Source: Salisapilia sapeloensis CBS 127946
Lineage: Eukaryota; Protista; Oomycota
Length of the DNA stretch: 38,846 nucleotides
Assembly (NCBI GenBank): GCA_023334545.1
Contig: JAADVB010000180.1
Location: 1-38,846, forward strand
Reading direction: 5' to 3'
Both the position numbers and the translations under genes were made by a program. The notes under the pieces are model-generated. The model was not told the origin of the DNA, ran no database searches, and was given only the letters and a program-made list of their open reading frames with translations. Shown one piece after another: positions 8,631 to 19,540 of the stretch; position 1 is the stretch's first letter; each line of letters starts with the position of its first letter.

Positions 8631-10853
8631 ATGACGTCTCCGTCTTTACCTAGTCGGCCCATGCATTCCCCACGCAACTCGACCGGTGATACACAGTACC
8701 AACCGAAGCATACTTCCTTCACCACCTTCTTTAAACGTTACTCGTATGCTGGCTCTGCAAGCCCAGGACACAGAGACAAGCGAGTCGCACCAGCCGATGC
8801 GCTACCCCATCAAGGAACCCAGACCGTCGGACGTGGAGCACGGCGTCGTGCGAGGAGCATGGAGCTTTTGGGCGAGAACGAACATGCGAGACTCCAACGT
8901 AGCCATCGTCGAGCAATGCATCCGTGGCGATTAAAAGTGGCTGAGTTCATGCGCCATCTAGCTGTCGAACTCTTTTTCGTCATTATCGTCCTACTCTATG
9001 GTGCCTTCGTTACCTTCCAACTGACCATTGATGAAAGTGACATGTCCGAAGCTGACCACAAGGTGTACACAAGTGTCGTCGACACAACAGACATTATAGT
9101 TTGTTCTATTTTGATGCTAGAGCTACTACTAAAGCTCTTTGCTTTTGGATGGGTCTACTTGAAAGACTTCTGGATCCTCTTCGATGCCATCGTTGTCATT
9201 GCCTCCTTTGTCATGGGCATTGTCGCTGCGACGGGGTCCCAGTCCACAGTTCTACTTCGTATCCTACGTCTACGTATAGTACTTCGCATCCTTCGTATTC
9301 TCGTTGTCTTTGAACGTCTCAAGCAACAATCGCGATCGCTTAAGCGACCACACAAGCTTCAGATGTCATCTCCAGTCGAGCTAGTTTTAAATGTCTTACG
9401 AGAACTTCAGTACCATCCAGCGCTACGCAAAGAACTGCGTCAGGACATTCACTACGCCATCGATGCGATCAAGAATAATCGATTATATAACGCAGATGAA
9501 GGCATCTTGGCTGGTGAAGGTGTCGATGATGCGACACAGCAGTGGCTGATCGGTGAAGTGCTAAAAGGTGGAATGGATGCTGATGCACTCCTTTCGAACG
9601 GTCATTCCAATGACAATGTGCATGATAAGCAAAATGTGAAAAGCGCTGGTGGAAAGGATCAGGCAAGAGCGAAAGCAAAAATGTCGATCCGGTCGTCTGG
9701 ATCAATCAGTCATGATATCACCCAAAGTGGAACGAGGAAAGTATCGCTAGGTCGAGGTGCAACGATGAAAGACTTGATGCCGACATTGGACACTGCTTCT
9801 GAATTTGAACTCGAGAACCTCCTTCAGAGCGCAGATGCATGGGTTTTCGATATCTTTCGGGTTCAAATGCTGTCTGGAGGAAATGCATTGAGCTACCTCG
9901 GCTATTTTCTACTGAAGGAATATGCCAGTACAATTTTCCAGACTGACTCATTCGTATTTGTGCATTTCCTCATGGAAATCCAGCGAGGGTACGTTGACAC
10001 GAACGCTTACCATAATGCTATTCATGCAGCAGACGTCATGCAGACTGTATACTACTTCTTAATGCAGCCAGAACTCTCTCCTTTCCTCCGACCACTTGAC
10101 AAGGCGCTGGCTCTCGTCGCTGCTGCTATCCACGATTTCAAGCATGACGGCTTTAACAATAGCTTCCACATTTCCACTGCGTCTGAGATTGCTCTTCGCT
10201 ATAATGACCATGCCGTCTTGGAAAACTATCACGTAGCGCAGTCTTTCCTTGTCATGAAAGATCCCAAGCTGAACATTCTAGGAAACCTTTCTCATGAAGA
10301 GTTTAAGTACAGTCGCGACTTGCTCATTCAAATGGTACTCGCTACGGACATGGCGAAGCACTTTGAAGACGTCGCATTGTTTAAAGCCAATATACTACCA
10401 GGCCCAGAGGAAGACTTGGCGATTAAGAGTGTAGGGGACAAGAAGCTACTATTGAAAATGATTCTACACACGTGTGATGTTTCGAATCCCGCGAAAGATC
10501 GAGAGATCATGCTCAAGTGGACGGATCGTGTCGTGGAAGAGTTTTTCATTCAAGGCGATTTAGAGAAACAGTTGAATCTCACCGTGTCGCCATTCATGGA
10601 CCGGGAAACTATTGTCCTAAAAAAGATGCAAGTTGGGTTCCTCGACTTTATCGTCGCTCCGCTCTTTGGCGTTTGGGCACAAATCTTGGATAACGTTGAT
10701 GTCGTTGCGTACAAAACACTGCAGTCGAACCGCGAGTTCTGGTCGTCACTACCGGACGAGTTCAAGCCACGCCACATCAAGGACGTACTTCGAGACATGC
10801 ACTTGTATAATCGACCGACACAACCTTACCTCGCCACGATCTCCGATGAGTAG
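8631..10853 (+). CDS. Voltage-sensor domain (S1-S4) fused to class I 3',5'-cyclic nucleotide phosphodiesterase
   Basis: Single 740 aa ORF. aa ~110-230: four hydrophobic helices with S2 LELLLKLFAFG, S3 FWILFDAIVV, S4 LLRILRLRIVLRILRI. aa ~400-710: YHNAIHAADV, IHDFKHDGFNN, VLENYH, LATDM, LHTCDVSNP, EEFFIQGD, MQVGF. Confidence 0.93.
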   Translation: MTSPSLPSRPMHSPRNSTGDTQYQPKHTSFTTFFKRYSYAGSASPGHRDKRVAPADALPHQGTQTVGRGARRRARSMELLGENEHARLQRSHRRAMHPWRLKVAEFMRHLAVELFFVIIVLLYGAFVTFQLTIDESDMSEADHKVYTSVVDTTDIIVCSILMLELLLKLFAFGWVYLKDFWILFDAIVVIASFVMGIVAATGSQSTVLLRILRLRIVLRILRILVVFERLKQQSRSLKRPHKLQMSSPVELVLNVLRELQYHPALRKELRQDIHYAIDAIKNNRLYNADEGILAGEGVDDATQQWLIGEVLKGGMDADALLSNGHSNDNVHDKQNVKSAGGKDQARAKAKMSIRSSGSISHDITQSGTRKVSLGRGATMKDLMPTLDTASEFELENLLQSADAWVFDIFRVQMLSGGNALSYLGYFLLKEYASTIFQTDSFVFVHFLMEIQRGYVDTNAYHNAIHAADVMQTVYYFLMQPELSPFLRPLDKALALVAAAIHDFKHDGFNNSFHISTASEIALRYNDHAVLENYHVAQSFLVMKDPKLNILGNLSHEEFKYSRDLLIQMVLATDMAKHFEDVALFKANILPGPEEDLAIKSVGDKKLLLKMILHTCDVSNPAKDREIMLKWTDRVVEEFFIQGDLEKQLNLTVSPFMDRETIVLKKMQVGFLDFIVAPLFGVWAQILDNVDVVAYKTLQSNREFWSSLPDEFKPRHIKDVLRDMHLYNRPTQPYLATISDE

Positions 10854-10990
10854 ATCGCTACATTACCATTACCAGCGAACATGAAGTATCTACAACAGAC
10901 GATGTCAGTCATTAGGTGGGACGCAAGATGGTCGACATACTACACAACCATGCCGCATCGTACGTTATATTACCTCGCTTATAACTCGTA

Positions 10991-13519
10991 CTAGTTAGAA
11001 TTCAGCGCGTAGTATTTATTGGCCACTGGGTCGTGGTAGCACCGCAACACCGGATCGTAGATTAATTCAATCGACTCACTTGCAACCGCTGATGATTTTC
11101 CTTTCTCTTTATTTCGTCCTTCAGTGCGCAGACTCTCGGTTGACTGAAGCAGGCGCTTGATGCGTTCATTCGCTTCTTTACTATCCATCTCTTCCGTTTG
11201 GTTTGATCTTTCCAGAACAGGTGAAGCGCATTGCTTGCTCTTACGCCAGACATGGACATCTTCACCCTTTGCAGCAGACTCTTGACTGTCGCCACTCTTC
11301 TCTGGTTGATGTGCTTCAAACTCATCTCTGCTAGGACTCGCATCTTTCTCTATTAGATCTCCTATGGTATCACGAACATAAGCACAACCAGTACAAGTAG
11401 AGTAATCCAGGCAGCATTGGACGCAATTACCAAAGTCGAAACTCTCTTCATCGTCAGATCGCTCACGTTCCTCACTTTGATCTACTTGATCCGCCTTCTC
11501 TGGTTTGACTTCCAATCTTGACTGGGACTTTTGTTTTCCAAGGCTCTCGGAAGAAAGCATTATGTCTGCTCGACTGTCTTCGACACTGACATCTTGTAAA
11601 TCATTTGTAAGGTCAATTGACACACTTTCATCTACGTCTGTAAAGAATCCTTCCAAGTCCCCTTGCGATAAATCTAGATCAAAAATACGGCGACCATCCT
11701 CGTCTTTTGACTGCGGACTAGACTCATCTTCCTCATTAATACTACTATTTTCACTCTTATCTCCTTGTATTTCGTTTCTATCATCGTACACGTCCATAGC
11801 ATATGAAGCATTGGCATCTTCAAATTTAGATTTATCACCATTTGAACTCGCCACTTCACTCTTTTTCATCCTTTCATTTCTCTTCTTCGCTAACATTTCC
11901 ATCAACTCTTCGTCGTCATCACTGTCACTGTCATTCTCATCGACAGATACTTCTTTAGTGTCCTCTAATAAACCCCCGTGGTTAACCCTAGTAGACGCTA
12001 GCTCATTCGCCTTCATCTCTTCTTCCGATTGCGTTGGTTCAAGCGAAGGTTTTGGCTCAACCGTATTCAATAACGAGTCAAAGTTGAAAAGATTAGATTG
12101 TGAAGGATGCTCGTCCACGTCTTGATCGTCTTGCAAGACTGCATCTGGCCTTGACTTTGTGCTAAACGCAAAGATGGATTGGCTTGTATCGTACCCAGTA
12201 GATCGCATAGGCTGGATTCGTCTCCTGTCGAACTTGTCTTTGATATCAGTGTCTGGAATGCTAAAGACATCCTCATCCGTTGCTGGTATTTTCGTATGCA
12301 TCATAAATCGATCATGATGCTTCTTACCACTTGCATCGTCGTCATCATCTAGCACATCCAGCTTGTGTCGAATTTCGTCGAAAATCTCTTGTCGACGGGT
12401 TTCTCTATCATCCTTTCGATCCTCCTCCTGCTTGACCTCTTCCTTCTCGCTTTCTTCTTCCGACTTTACCGAAGGTTCAACAACGTTACCTTCAGTCGAA
12501 TCGGTATGCTCTGTCACCGTAACTAAATCACTACTATCGATAAGTTCTCTACCACTAGCTTGGTGATCACGTTCAGGGATTGCAAGACTAACTGGTGAGT
12601 TCGACGACGGCTTATTGAATGGACTTTTCTGTCTGGAGAGATCCTTGATACCCAAGTTTCCGCTCGGCGTTGTTTTCTCACTTCGACCACGTCCACTGAC
12701 TTTGCTTTTCCTATCTTGCATGCGGACTGTATGAGTCTGAGGTCTAACAACGTTTCTTCCTTCGACTACTTTCGGGCGGGTGGAGGCACTTTGCGATAAT
12801 CGACTTTTTGTCACAGTCGGTTGACGAGTATTTGAAATATCCATTGATCCGATTTTAGTGCTCGAGCTTGAATCATTAGGTGGAAGGAAGTACTCTGTCG
12901 GCACTGGATTACGCACTCCAGTAGCAAAAACAAATTGACGAGGAATATCTGTGGTTTGCGCTTGCTTCCCGATGGCAGGGTGATGATCAAGTAGGACAGA
13001 GCTGGTTGGTGCATCTTTCATTACAAACACGCGCTTGAGCTTGCAAGTTCCAGTGATGCTTAATGATTCAACACATCGATAGCTGCATCCTGCAGGAAAG
13101 TAAAGCTCAATCAATGCCATGAGATCGAAAACAAAGTTCATCCAAATATTTCGTGAGATTTGGGATGTCATTGGGATTTGAACGTGGAGCGCATTGAGCG
13201 TTGTCTCTCGAAATGCTGACGAGAACACAAGTCGTCGACGGACACCTTGAAAGTCAGAAAAGCTAACTTCCACCCCAAAGCTTCGTGTGAAGGGGATTTG
13301 AAGTTGGAGAACAAGAAAGCGATGGGCAAGACCAAGAGATGACGCCTTCGGTACTTGCATTCGTGTTTCCGCCCCACCAGCGAGTGCAAATGTATTGCTT
13401 CGAATCACTTTGTCAAAACCACGATTGATTTTCCCTTGTAATTTCCATTTGGATGTTGGATCTTTGCCTTGAGCGCTGAGAAGCTCGACGGATGATCCTC
13501 CTTGAAAGAAAGATGCCAT
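10991..13519 (-). CDS. CFAP20DC: CFAP20 domain-containing protein (C3orf67/CFAP20DC-like), flagellar/basal body
   Basis: Likely start ATG 13519 (MASFFQGGSSVELLSAQGKDP...KW); N-terminal CFAP20/DUF667 domain; long acidic disordered middle; conserved C-terminal ELIYDPVLRCYHDPVANKYY motif. Probable in-frame intron 11430-11362. Confidence 0.85.
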   Translation of the reverse strand: MASFFQGGSSVELLSAQGKDPTSKWKLQGKINRGFDKVIRSNTFALAGGAETRMQVPKASSLGLAHRFLVLQLQIPFTRSFGVEVSFSDFQGVRRRLVFSSAFRETTLNALHVQIPMTSQISRNIWMNFVFDLMALIELYFPAGCSYRCVESLSITGTCKLKRVFVMKDAPTSSVLLDHHPAIGKQAQTTDIPRQFVFATGVRNPVPTEYFLPPNDSSSSTKIGSMDISNTRQPTVTKSRLSQSASTRPKVVEGRNVVRPQTHTVRMQDRKSKVSGRGRSEKTTPSGNLGIKDLSRQKSPFNKPSSNSPVSLAIPERDHQASGRELIDSSDLVTVTEHTDSTEGNVVEPSVKSEEESEKEEVKQEEDRKDDRETRRQEIFDEIRHKLDVLDDDDDASGKKHHDRFMMHTKIPATDEDVFSIPDTDIKDKFDRRRIQPMRSTGYDTSQSIFAFSTKSRPDAVLQDDQDVDEHPSQSNLFNFDSLLNTVEPKPSLEPTQSEEEMKANELASTRVNHGGLLEDTKEVSVDENDSDSDDDEELMEMLAKKRNERMKKSEVASSNGDKSKFEDANASYAMDVYDDRNEIQGDKSENSSINEEDESSPQSKDEDGRRIFDLDLSQGDLEGFFTDVDESVSIDLTNDLQDVSVEDSRADIMLSSESLGKQKSQSRLEVKPEKADQVDQSEERERSDDEESFDFGNCVQCCLDYSTCTGCAYVRDTIGDLIEKDASPSRDEFEAHQPEKSGDSQESAAKGEDVHVWRKSKQCASPVLERSNQTEEMDSKEANERIKRLLQSTESLRTEGRNKEKGKSSAVASESIELIYDPVLRCYHDPVANKYYALNSN

Positions 13520-13810
13520 GGTCTTATGAAGAGCCGTACTAAAAGCGTAGGATACGAAACACGAAACGGCAAGTTCTAATAATAAAATCATCTTTATATT
13601 TGGTAGGAAATATAACATACACTGAGGCTGACGAGCGTAGGATATGACTTTAAAGTCGTCCTGTTCGTGGTCAGCTTGCAAGCCTACACGCTTGGTGCAT
13701 CACAACCTTTATCGTGAGCGTCATAAAGTCTACTTGGACTGCTCTTGGGAATGTACAAATTTATGAGTTTAGTCATCTATCTACGCTCAATGTTGCGCTC
13801 GGCAGCAACA

Positions 13811-14954
13811 TCACATCCGGAGCAGCTTCGGGGGATCAGACCCGAGGTAGTAGCTCAGTCTTAGGCATATATACGTCGAAGATACCAAGTCTCCATGGCA
13901 AAAGATCATTTCAACCGACCGAGTTAATGAAGTATAAGACACCGACCAATTCGACATCCCACAGGTATTCGTAGGTTCTAAGCCATTTTCATCGCTACAA
14001 GTTAATATTTTACAGTTATGTTTGTTGAGCGAATGATCGGGAATTAAGGAAGTTTCGGGTATTATGAAAATAAGCAAGGATGAATTGGAATTGGAATCAA
14101 TGCTCAAGTCTTTGATACTTTGTCCTACTCTTACATTCTCGTTCAGATGTATTGTCCGTTCCTCTGTCATATCTTGGCGAGGAGTGATGTCGAGCACATC
14201 CTCAGAAGCCCTTCAGATTGAAGTGTCATTCGCTTTACTTGCAACATTGAGCTCTTCGCTAATTCATTGGGACAGGTACAGTGTGAGTCGCAAATATCGA
14301 TCAACTATTTCATCTACCACTGTACATAGTCTGTTCCTAAATAATAGCGAAGAGCTAACTAGCGCAAGTAAAGCGAAGAGCTCTCCGAGTCTTTCGCGCG
14401 CTTTTTCAAATTTGCACATGTCGAGCACCAGGCGTGCCTTGAAGTCTTCTCGAAAATCATTTCCTCATGGTTTGATCCGAGACGAAAACAGAAATATACC
14501 AAAACCAATAAGAGCGTGTTCGTTGCGAGGACAATCGGTATTATGTGAGGCAAAGTATGAAGCATGAGAATGAGTACGTGCAAACTGTGATCGGTATGAT
14601 GCCTTGAAAATTCCATTTTTTCAAATCGACGAAATGGTAGATTACATCGAAGGGTATACCAATCCAGGCCTATTTCGCTCCGTGACGTCATCTATATGTT
14701 GCAGCTTTCACACAGATCATCCTACAGCGAGCATGACAATGGAAACCTCACTTATAGCAGAGAATGGAGCTCGAGAGACAAGCTAAACCAAGAGTATGAA
14801 GCGGCGTGTCCATTGGCACCACCGATCACTTACCTTTGTACTCCTCGTTTGGCAAGAACGTTATATTATAGTGTTGTGTTGGGTTTCCAACGGCAAGTAG
14901 CAAACAAGATCAGCAATTCTTAACGACCGCAGAGTTTGTCAATTCGATTATCAT
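13811..14954 (-). other. Unresolved gene-sized interval; tentative multi-exon gene or pseudogene of unknown function
   Basis: Phase-compatible GT-AG introns can be drawn (14833-14770, 14751-14692, 14659-14603, 14499-14464, 14279-14211), giving helical-looking segments such as DFREDFKARLVLDMCKFEKARERLGELF. The model has an in-frame TGA at codon 15, one 36 nt intron and no recognisable domain. Confidence 0.3.
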
Positions 14955-15122
14955 GAGTGAAATTAAATATAGTGTACTCTTTTTTAGCAATCATAAGTTT
15001 TGACTCCTTTGAAGTTACACCTTGGCACGGTGATCTAGCATGCAACTCGTCCATTGCTATTTATACACAATGGCCCTTTTTGAATTGGCTGCAATTAAAG
15101 GGAAACGTTTCTAAACCAGACC

Positions 15123-16703
15123 ATGGACACAGGTCGAATCTCCTATTTGATTTTGTTCCTGTTGAACGCGCTTGCCGCTTCACTGATCAAATCCATTGGT
15201 GAAGGTGAACATCTTTGTCTGATTGAACTAGTGGATAATGTATTTACTTCATCTTGACTGTAGACGAGCTTTCACAGTTTGGCACGTTTGATCAGTGCGA
15301 TGGAGAACTATGCAAAGGTCATCAACTGATATTTCGAGCGAGCTTTTCAATCTCTCTGTTCTTCTTTGCTCGAACGCTTGTCTGCTACTTTGGCACACCG
15401 CAACGCATCGTTCGTTCTATTGTCGCTTTCTTCGCGATGGAAACACTAGTGTATATATTCGTGCTCGTGACGACATTCTTCATTCCTACTTGTAAGCATG
15501 AACTCTGCAATAATAGCCTACTTACCTCATTCTCACATTTGCCAGCTTTCTTTGATGGATATGCGCAATGCACCAAGTTTCTGTCGTCTATCTTTATTTT
15601 GTTCCAACTCATCATCATCGTTGATGTTGCATGTACGCATCTTCTTTCATTCATCGTCAATAGTGGCAAGCTAACGAGGTAATAGACAGCACGAGGGATA
15701 CGATTTTGGCTAAAATGGATGCAGCCGAAGAGTCTGGAAGCAAAAGCGAGCGACGCTATTTAATTTGGTGGTACGTAGCTTACTTCTCGAGAAACCATTA
15801 ATAGCATCTGAATTGCACATATAGGAAATGTTTCTACCTCGTCCTGTGTATTGCTGCCATGGTAGTCAGCGTGGCTGGAATCGTCCTATTGGTAACTCAT
15901 CTATTGCCTATCTAAGCTATAAACTTTTAACGATTGATCGGTCCGTAGTACATGTACTATAGCAAATGTACAATTGGTGTTGCATGCACAACGATCACTT
16001 TAGTTTCCGGATGTGTTTTGATAGCGCTATGTGGTAAGCTAGCAGCATGTGGTAATGGATTCACATAGCATTCATTCTTCGTGATAGTGTCAGACTATAT
16101 GGAAGTGGGACTTTTACCACCATGCATCATCTTTGGATACATAACAATGATGTGCTGGCAAGCGCTTACAAGTCATCCAGACTCATCTTGTCTACCGACT
16201 ACCCATGCGTCCAATGCGTCAGGAGAAGAATCTACTACAAGTGTAGTGGTTGGGGCTCTTATGGCAGCATTTGCAATTAGCTGGACCGGTTGGCGTACGT
16301 CTATGGCAACATCGGATATGCTTGTAAGAGAAAAAGGGTCAGCTGGGGATGTGCCGCTGTCAGTGGACGACATTAATGTAAAAAAACTAGAAAGCGGAAT
16401 GCCAAGCACGAGTGAAGAGCCGTTACAAGAGCTACGCCATTTTGGAAAAGATCCTTGGCAATTCTTTGCAATGATGTGTATAGCTGGTATCTACATGGCG
16501 ATGGCGCTGACGAACTGGGATGCTGACAGGTATCTACAATACTAATCTTGAAGCCAAGTTACTGCTAATTTTATAAAAACGATAGTACTTCACTAAACGC
16601 CGTACCAATGTGGATAAAGTTCGTAACACAATGGTGTACCATTGCTTTATTCTTTTGGACGTTGCTAGCGCCCAAAGTAGCTCCTCATCGTGACTTTAGC
16701 TGA
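15123..16703 (+). CDS. Serine incorporator (SERINC/TDE/TMS1) family membrane protein; multi-exon
   Basis: ATG 15123 (MDTGRISYLILF); exons encode CKGHQLIFRASF, FFIP, FILFQLIIIVD, WQALTSHPDSSC, IYMAMALTNW and final MWIKFVTQW...WTLLAPKVAPHRDFS* (TGA 16701-16703). Confidence 0.9.
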
Positions 16704-16777
16704 CCAAATGTAAATTTTTTTCTTTGTCTTCTATGACATACCCTTACAACGAATTGTGACAACAAAACGATTTATTC

Positions 16778-19540
16778 ATGCAGCGGCGAGTTCGTCTTGC
16801 AGTGAGCTCACTCCTGGCAGCTCTGGGAGCATTCTGGTGTGTAAGTGGATTGCTACGTTTCAATGAACTACTTTTTGATCCATATACATTGGTAAAAGCT
16901 CCATCGAATGCATCAAATGTGCATCAAATGGCGAATCATAGTGGTGCCAAAATGTATGATCGCCTTGTAGTCGTTCTGATCGACGCTTTACGTGCCGACA
17001 TGGTGCTTGGAAGTGACGCAATGTATGAACACTATGAAAATGCAGATGTACAAAAGCACCAAGAGCTCAACACATATGTCCCTCAAATTCGACATCTCCT
17101 AACTTCCCATCAAGCTCAAGCCTACATCGGATACGCCAGCGTTCCCACAGGTGCTTACTGCGAATAATTCGGAATAGTAGTATCCACTAATAGCGTACAT
17201 ATCAACTTGCATAATTTAGTGACTATGCCACGACTGAAGGCCCTGGTGACCGGGAAAGCTCCTGCTTTCATCGACTTGCTAAAGAATTTTAATTCGGCAG
17301 CAATGAACGAGGAGAACATTGTCCAGTTACTAGGCGAAGCTGGTCACAACATCGTTTTCTACGGTGACGACACTTGGCTCAAACTCTTCCCATCTGCATT
17401 TACGCGGACAGATGCCACCTCAGGATTCTTTGCTCGAGACACAGTCCAAGTAGACAACAACGTTACACGTCACCTTCATGAGGAGCTCGATCCAAGCATG
17501 TTAAGTAGTAAAAGTAACGACTGGGATGTCCTAGTACTCCACTACCTAGGTCTAGACCATGTCGGTCATCTCCGTGGCCCTCGGTCGTCAATGATGAAAG
17601 ACAAACTACACGAGATGGACGATATCGTCGCTCAAATCTATCGTGACGTTCAAAACCAGGATGCAAAGAGAAAAGAAGCTAATGACGCTGCTCTACCTAG
17701 TTTGATTTTGTTATGTAGTGATCACGGTATGTCCGAGGTCGGCAACCACGGTGGCGCGACTGTCGAAGAGTCTTCTGCACTGCTCATGTTTCTCCGTGGA
17801 GACGGAAGACCTCTGCAATCAGACACTTTGACCTATAATAAGAAAAGGATGCAGGTGGATATCGTTCCAACACTTTCGGCACTCTTCGGTTTACGTATCC
17901 CAAGCCATAGCACCGGGAGGCTTATTGACGATATTATCCTCAAGTCTTGTGACAGCCAGCGACAGTACCTGGAGGCACTTGATGCCAACTTTCAGCAGCT
18001 CTACTCTCTCGCAACAATCAAATTTCATGCCTCTAGCTTGACAGATTTTGACGATGACTATGCGGAGGCCATTCAAGCACTACAGAAAGCACTGGCGGAA
18101 GAAGGTGGGTTGGATGAAAGGATGATTGCTTCTATTCGAGACGCTTGTCAAGAGTTGCAGAACATGGTGGGGCAGAGTGACGGATCGGAGTACAATGAAC
18201 CGCTCGTGTTCCTCGGACTCTTCTCCATCATATTAGCCATCACCATCTCTATGTCGGGCAGTCTTAAATCATTTTCTATTTCGAAAGAGCACAAGCTGTT
18301 TGCAGTTAGTCTGGTGGCTGGATGTGGCATCCATGTCGTAAGTCTATCATCTAGCTCTTCGATTGAAAACGAACATGCCACCAGCTTCTTCCTTCTTACC
18401 ACTGTCCTGATATCAGCCGGCATTTCGCACATACAAGAACGCAAAGGTGGTGCAAGCAAAGTGCTAGGACATATTGCCGTGCTTTTATGCACAACCAGAC
18501 TGTTACGAGCTCGTAACCAAGTGATTAACTTTGGAAGGCTGAATGACATCCAGGTAGATCCACAGACACCAGGTAGTGAGTTTGCTGCTGACGATTCTCT
18601 CTCTATTCTATCGACTGCACCACTCTTCCATGATATCCCAGACGTTGTCTACTATATCGTCATCACTGTCTGTCTGCTTTGGAAAGAGAAGATGACGAAG
18701 TGGTCGTCCCAATTGTCTGCAGGATGCTTCCTTCTAGCCATGCTGTTGAATGGATGTTGTTCATATGCAGCAAAAGCAGAGGCAGCAAATAACTTCGACA
18801 GTACCTCAGTGCTGATACTACTAGATGCCGATGCATACGCTAGATTAGTATACTTGTGTATCTTGGGAATGGGCATCATCATGGTCATCTCAAGTATCAG
18901 TCGTCGAGAGCAAGTGGAGAGGATGCTGTGGACAGTGTGTTGCCTCGTACAGTCCGAGAGTAACTTGCCAACAATGGCTGTGCTGGCCGTTCACATCGTC
19001 CTAACGGACCACTTCCTCAAGTTAAAGACCTTTACCTCAGCTACACTTCCACTGCTCATCGTAGTGATGTCTCACGCCGCTTTCTTTGCACTGGGCAATT
19101 CCCATTTGGTCACAACAGTCGACATTAGTCAGTCGTATCACGGACTGAGTGGATACTCTCAAGGTCTAGTCGGTCTCCTCACTTTCTTCAACGTCATGAC
19201 CGGCCCTCTCCTCGTCTTTGCTTTTGGCGCCAAATGGATTCAAACGACCAGAGACTTATCCATCCTCTTCCTATACCAGTCTCTCCGCTTCGTCTTCTAC
19301 ACGTACATTCTATCCCGTTTTCTTTCTTATATGCATCTCATCTCTCTCGTAGATTTGTCGTGTACTTGCTCCGTTTCCATTTGTTCATCTGGAGTGTCTT
19401 CGCCCCCAAGGTTCCTACCATACTCTACCTACCTGTATACGAGACTAAATGTATGATACGACTAGCTCTTATACGAACTTGTGCATCTAACTGTCACACT
19501 CGTCTACCTCTTCCTGTCCGTACCATCCGAAACGAACTAG
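16778..19540 (+). CDS. PIGG: GPI ethanolamine phosphate transferase 2 (PIG-G/GPI7); multi-exon
   Basis: IDALRAD, VPT/VTMPRLKAL (intron 17151-17219), FYGDDTWLKLFP, LHYLGLDHVGH, SDHGM..GNHGG; multi-TM C-terminus; short terminal exons give FHLFIWSVFAPK/LLYE..., stop at 19538-19540. Confidence 0.92.

Noticed and set aside
8958-9320. Interpreting the TM region as an Hv1 proton channel or a truncated K+ channel
   Set aside because: No S1 Asp or S4 RxWR signature and no pore helix or GYG; ORF continues without a break into the PDE.
11505-12125. 206 aa Ser-rich plus-strand ORF
   Set aside because: Antisense shadow of the Asp/Glu-rich part of CFAP20DC.
13520-13681. 54-codon N-terminal extension of CFAP20DC in the ORF track
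   Set aside because: Starts at a non-ATG codon; family similarity begins at ATG 13519.
19320-19456. C-terminus of the PIG-G track ORF (LSRFLSYMHL...TRLNV)
   Set aside because: Read-through of introns; splicing restores the conserved HLFIWSVFAPK ending.
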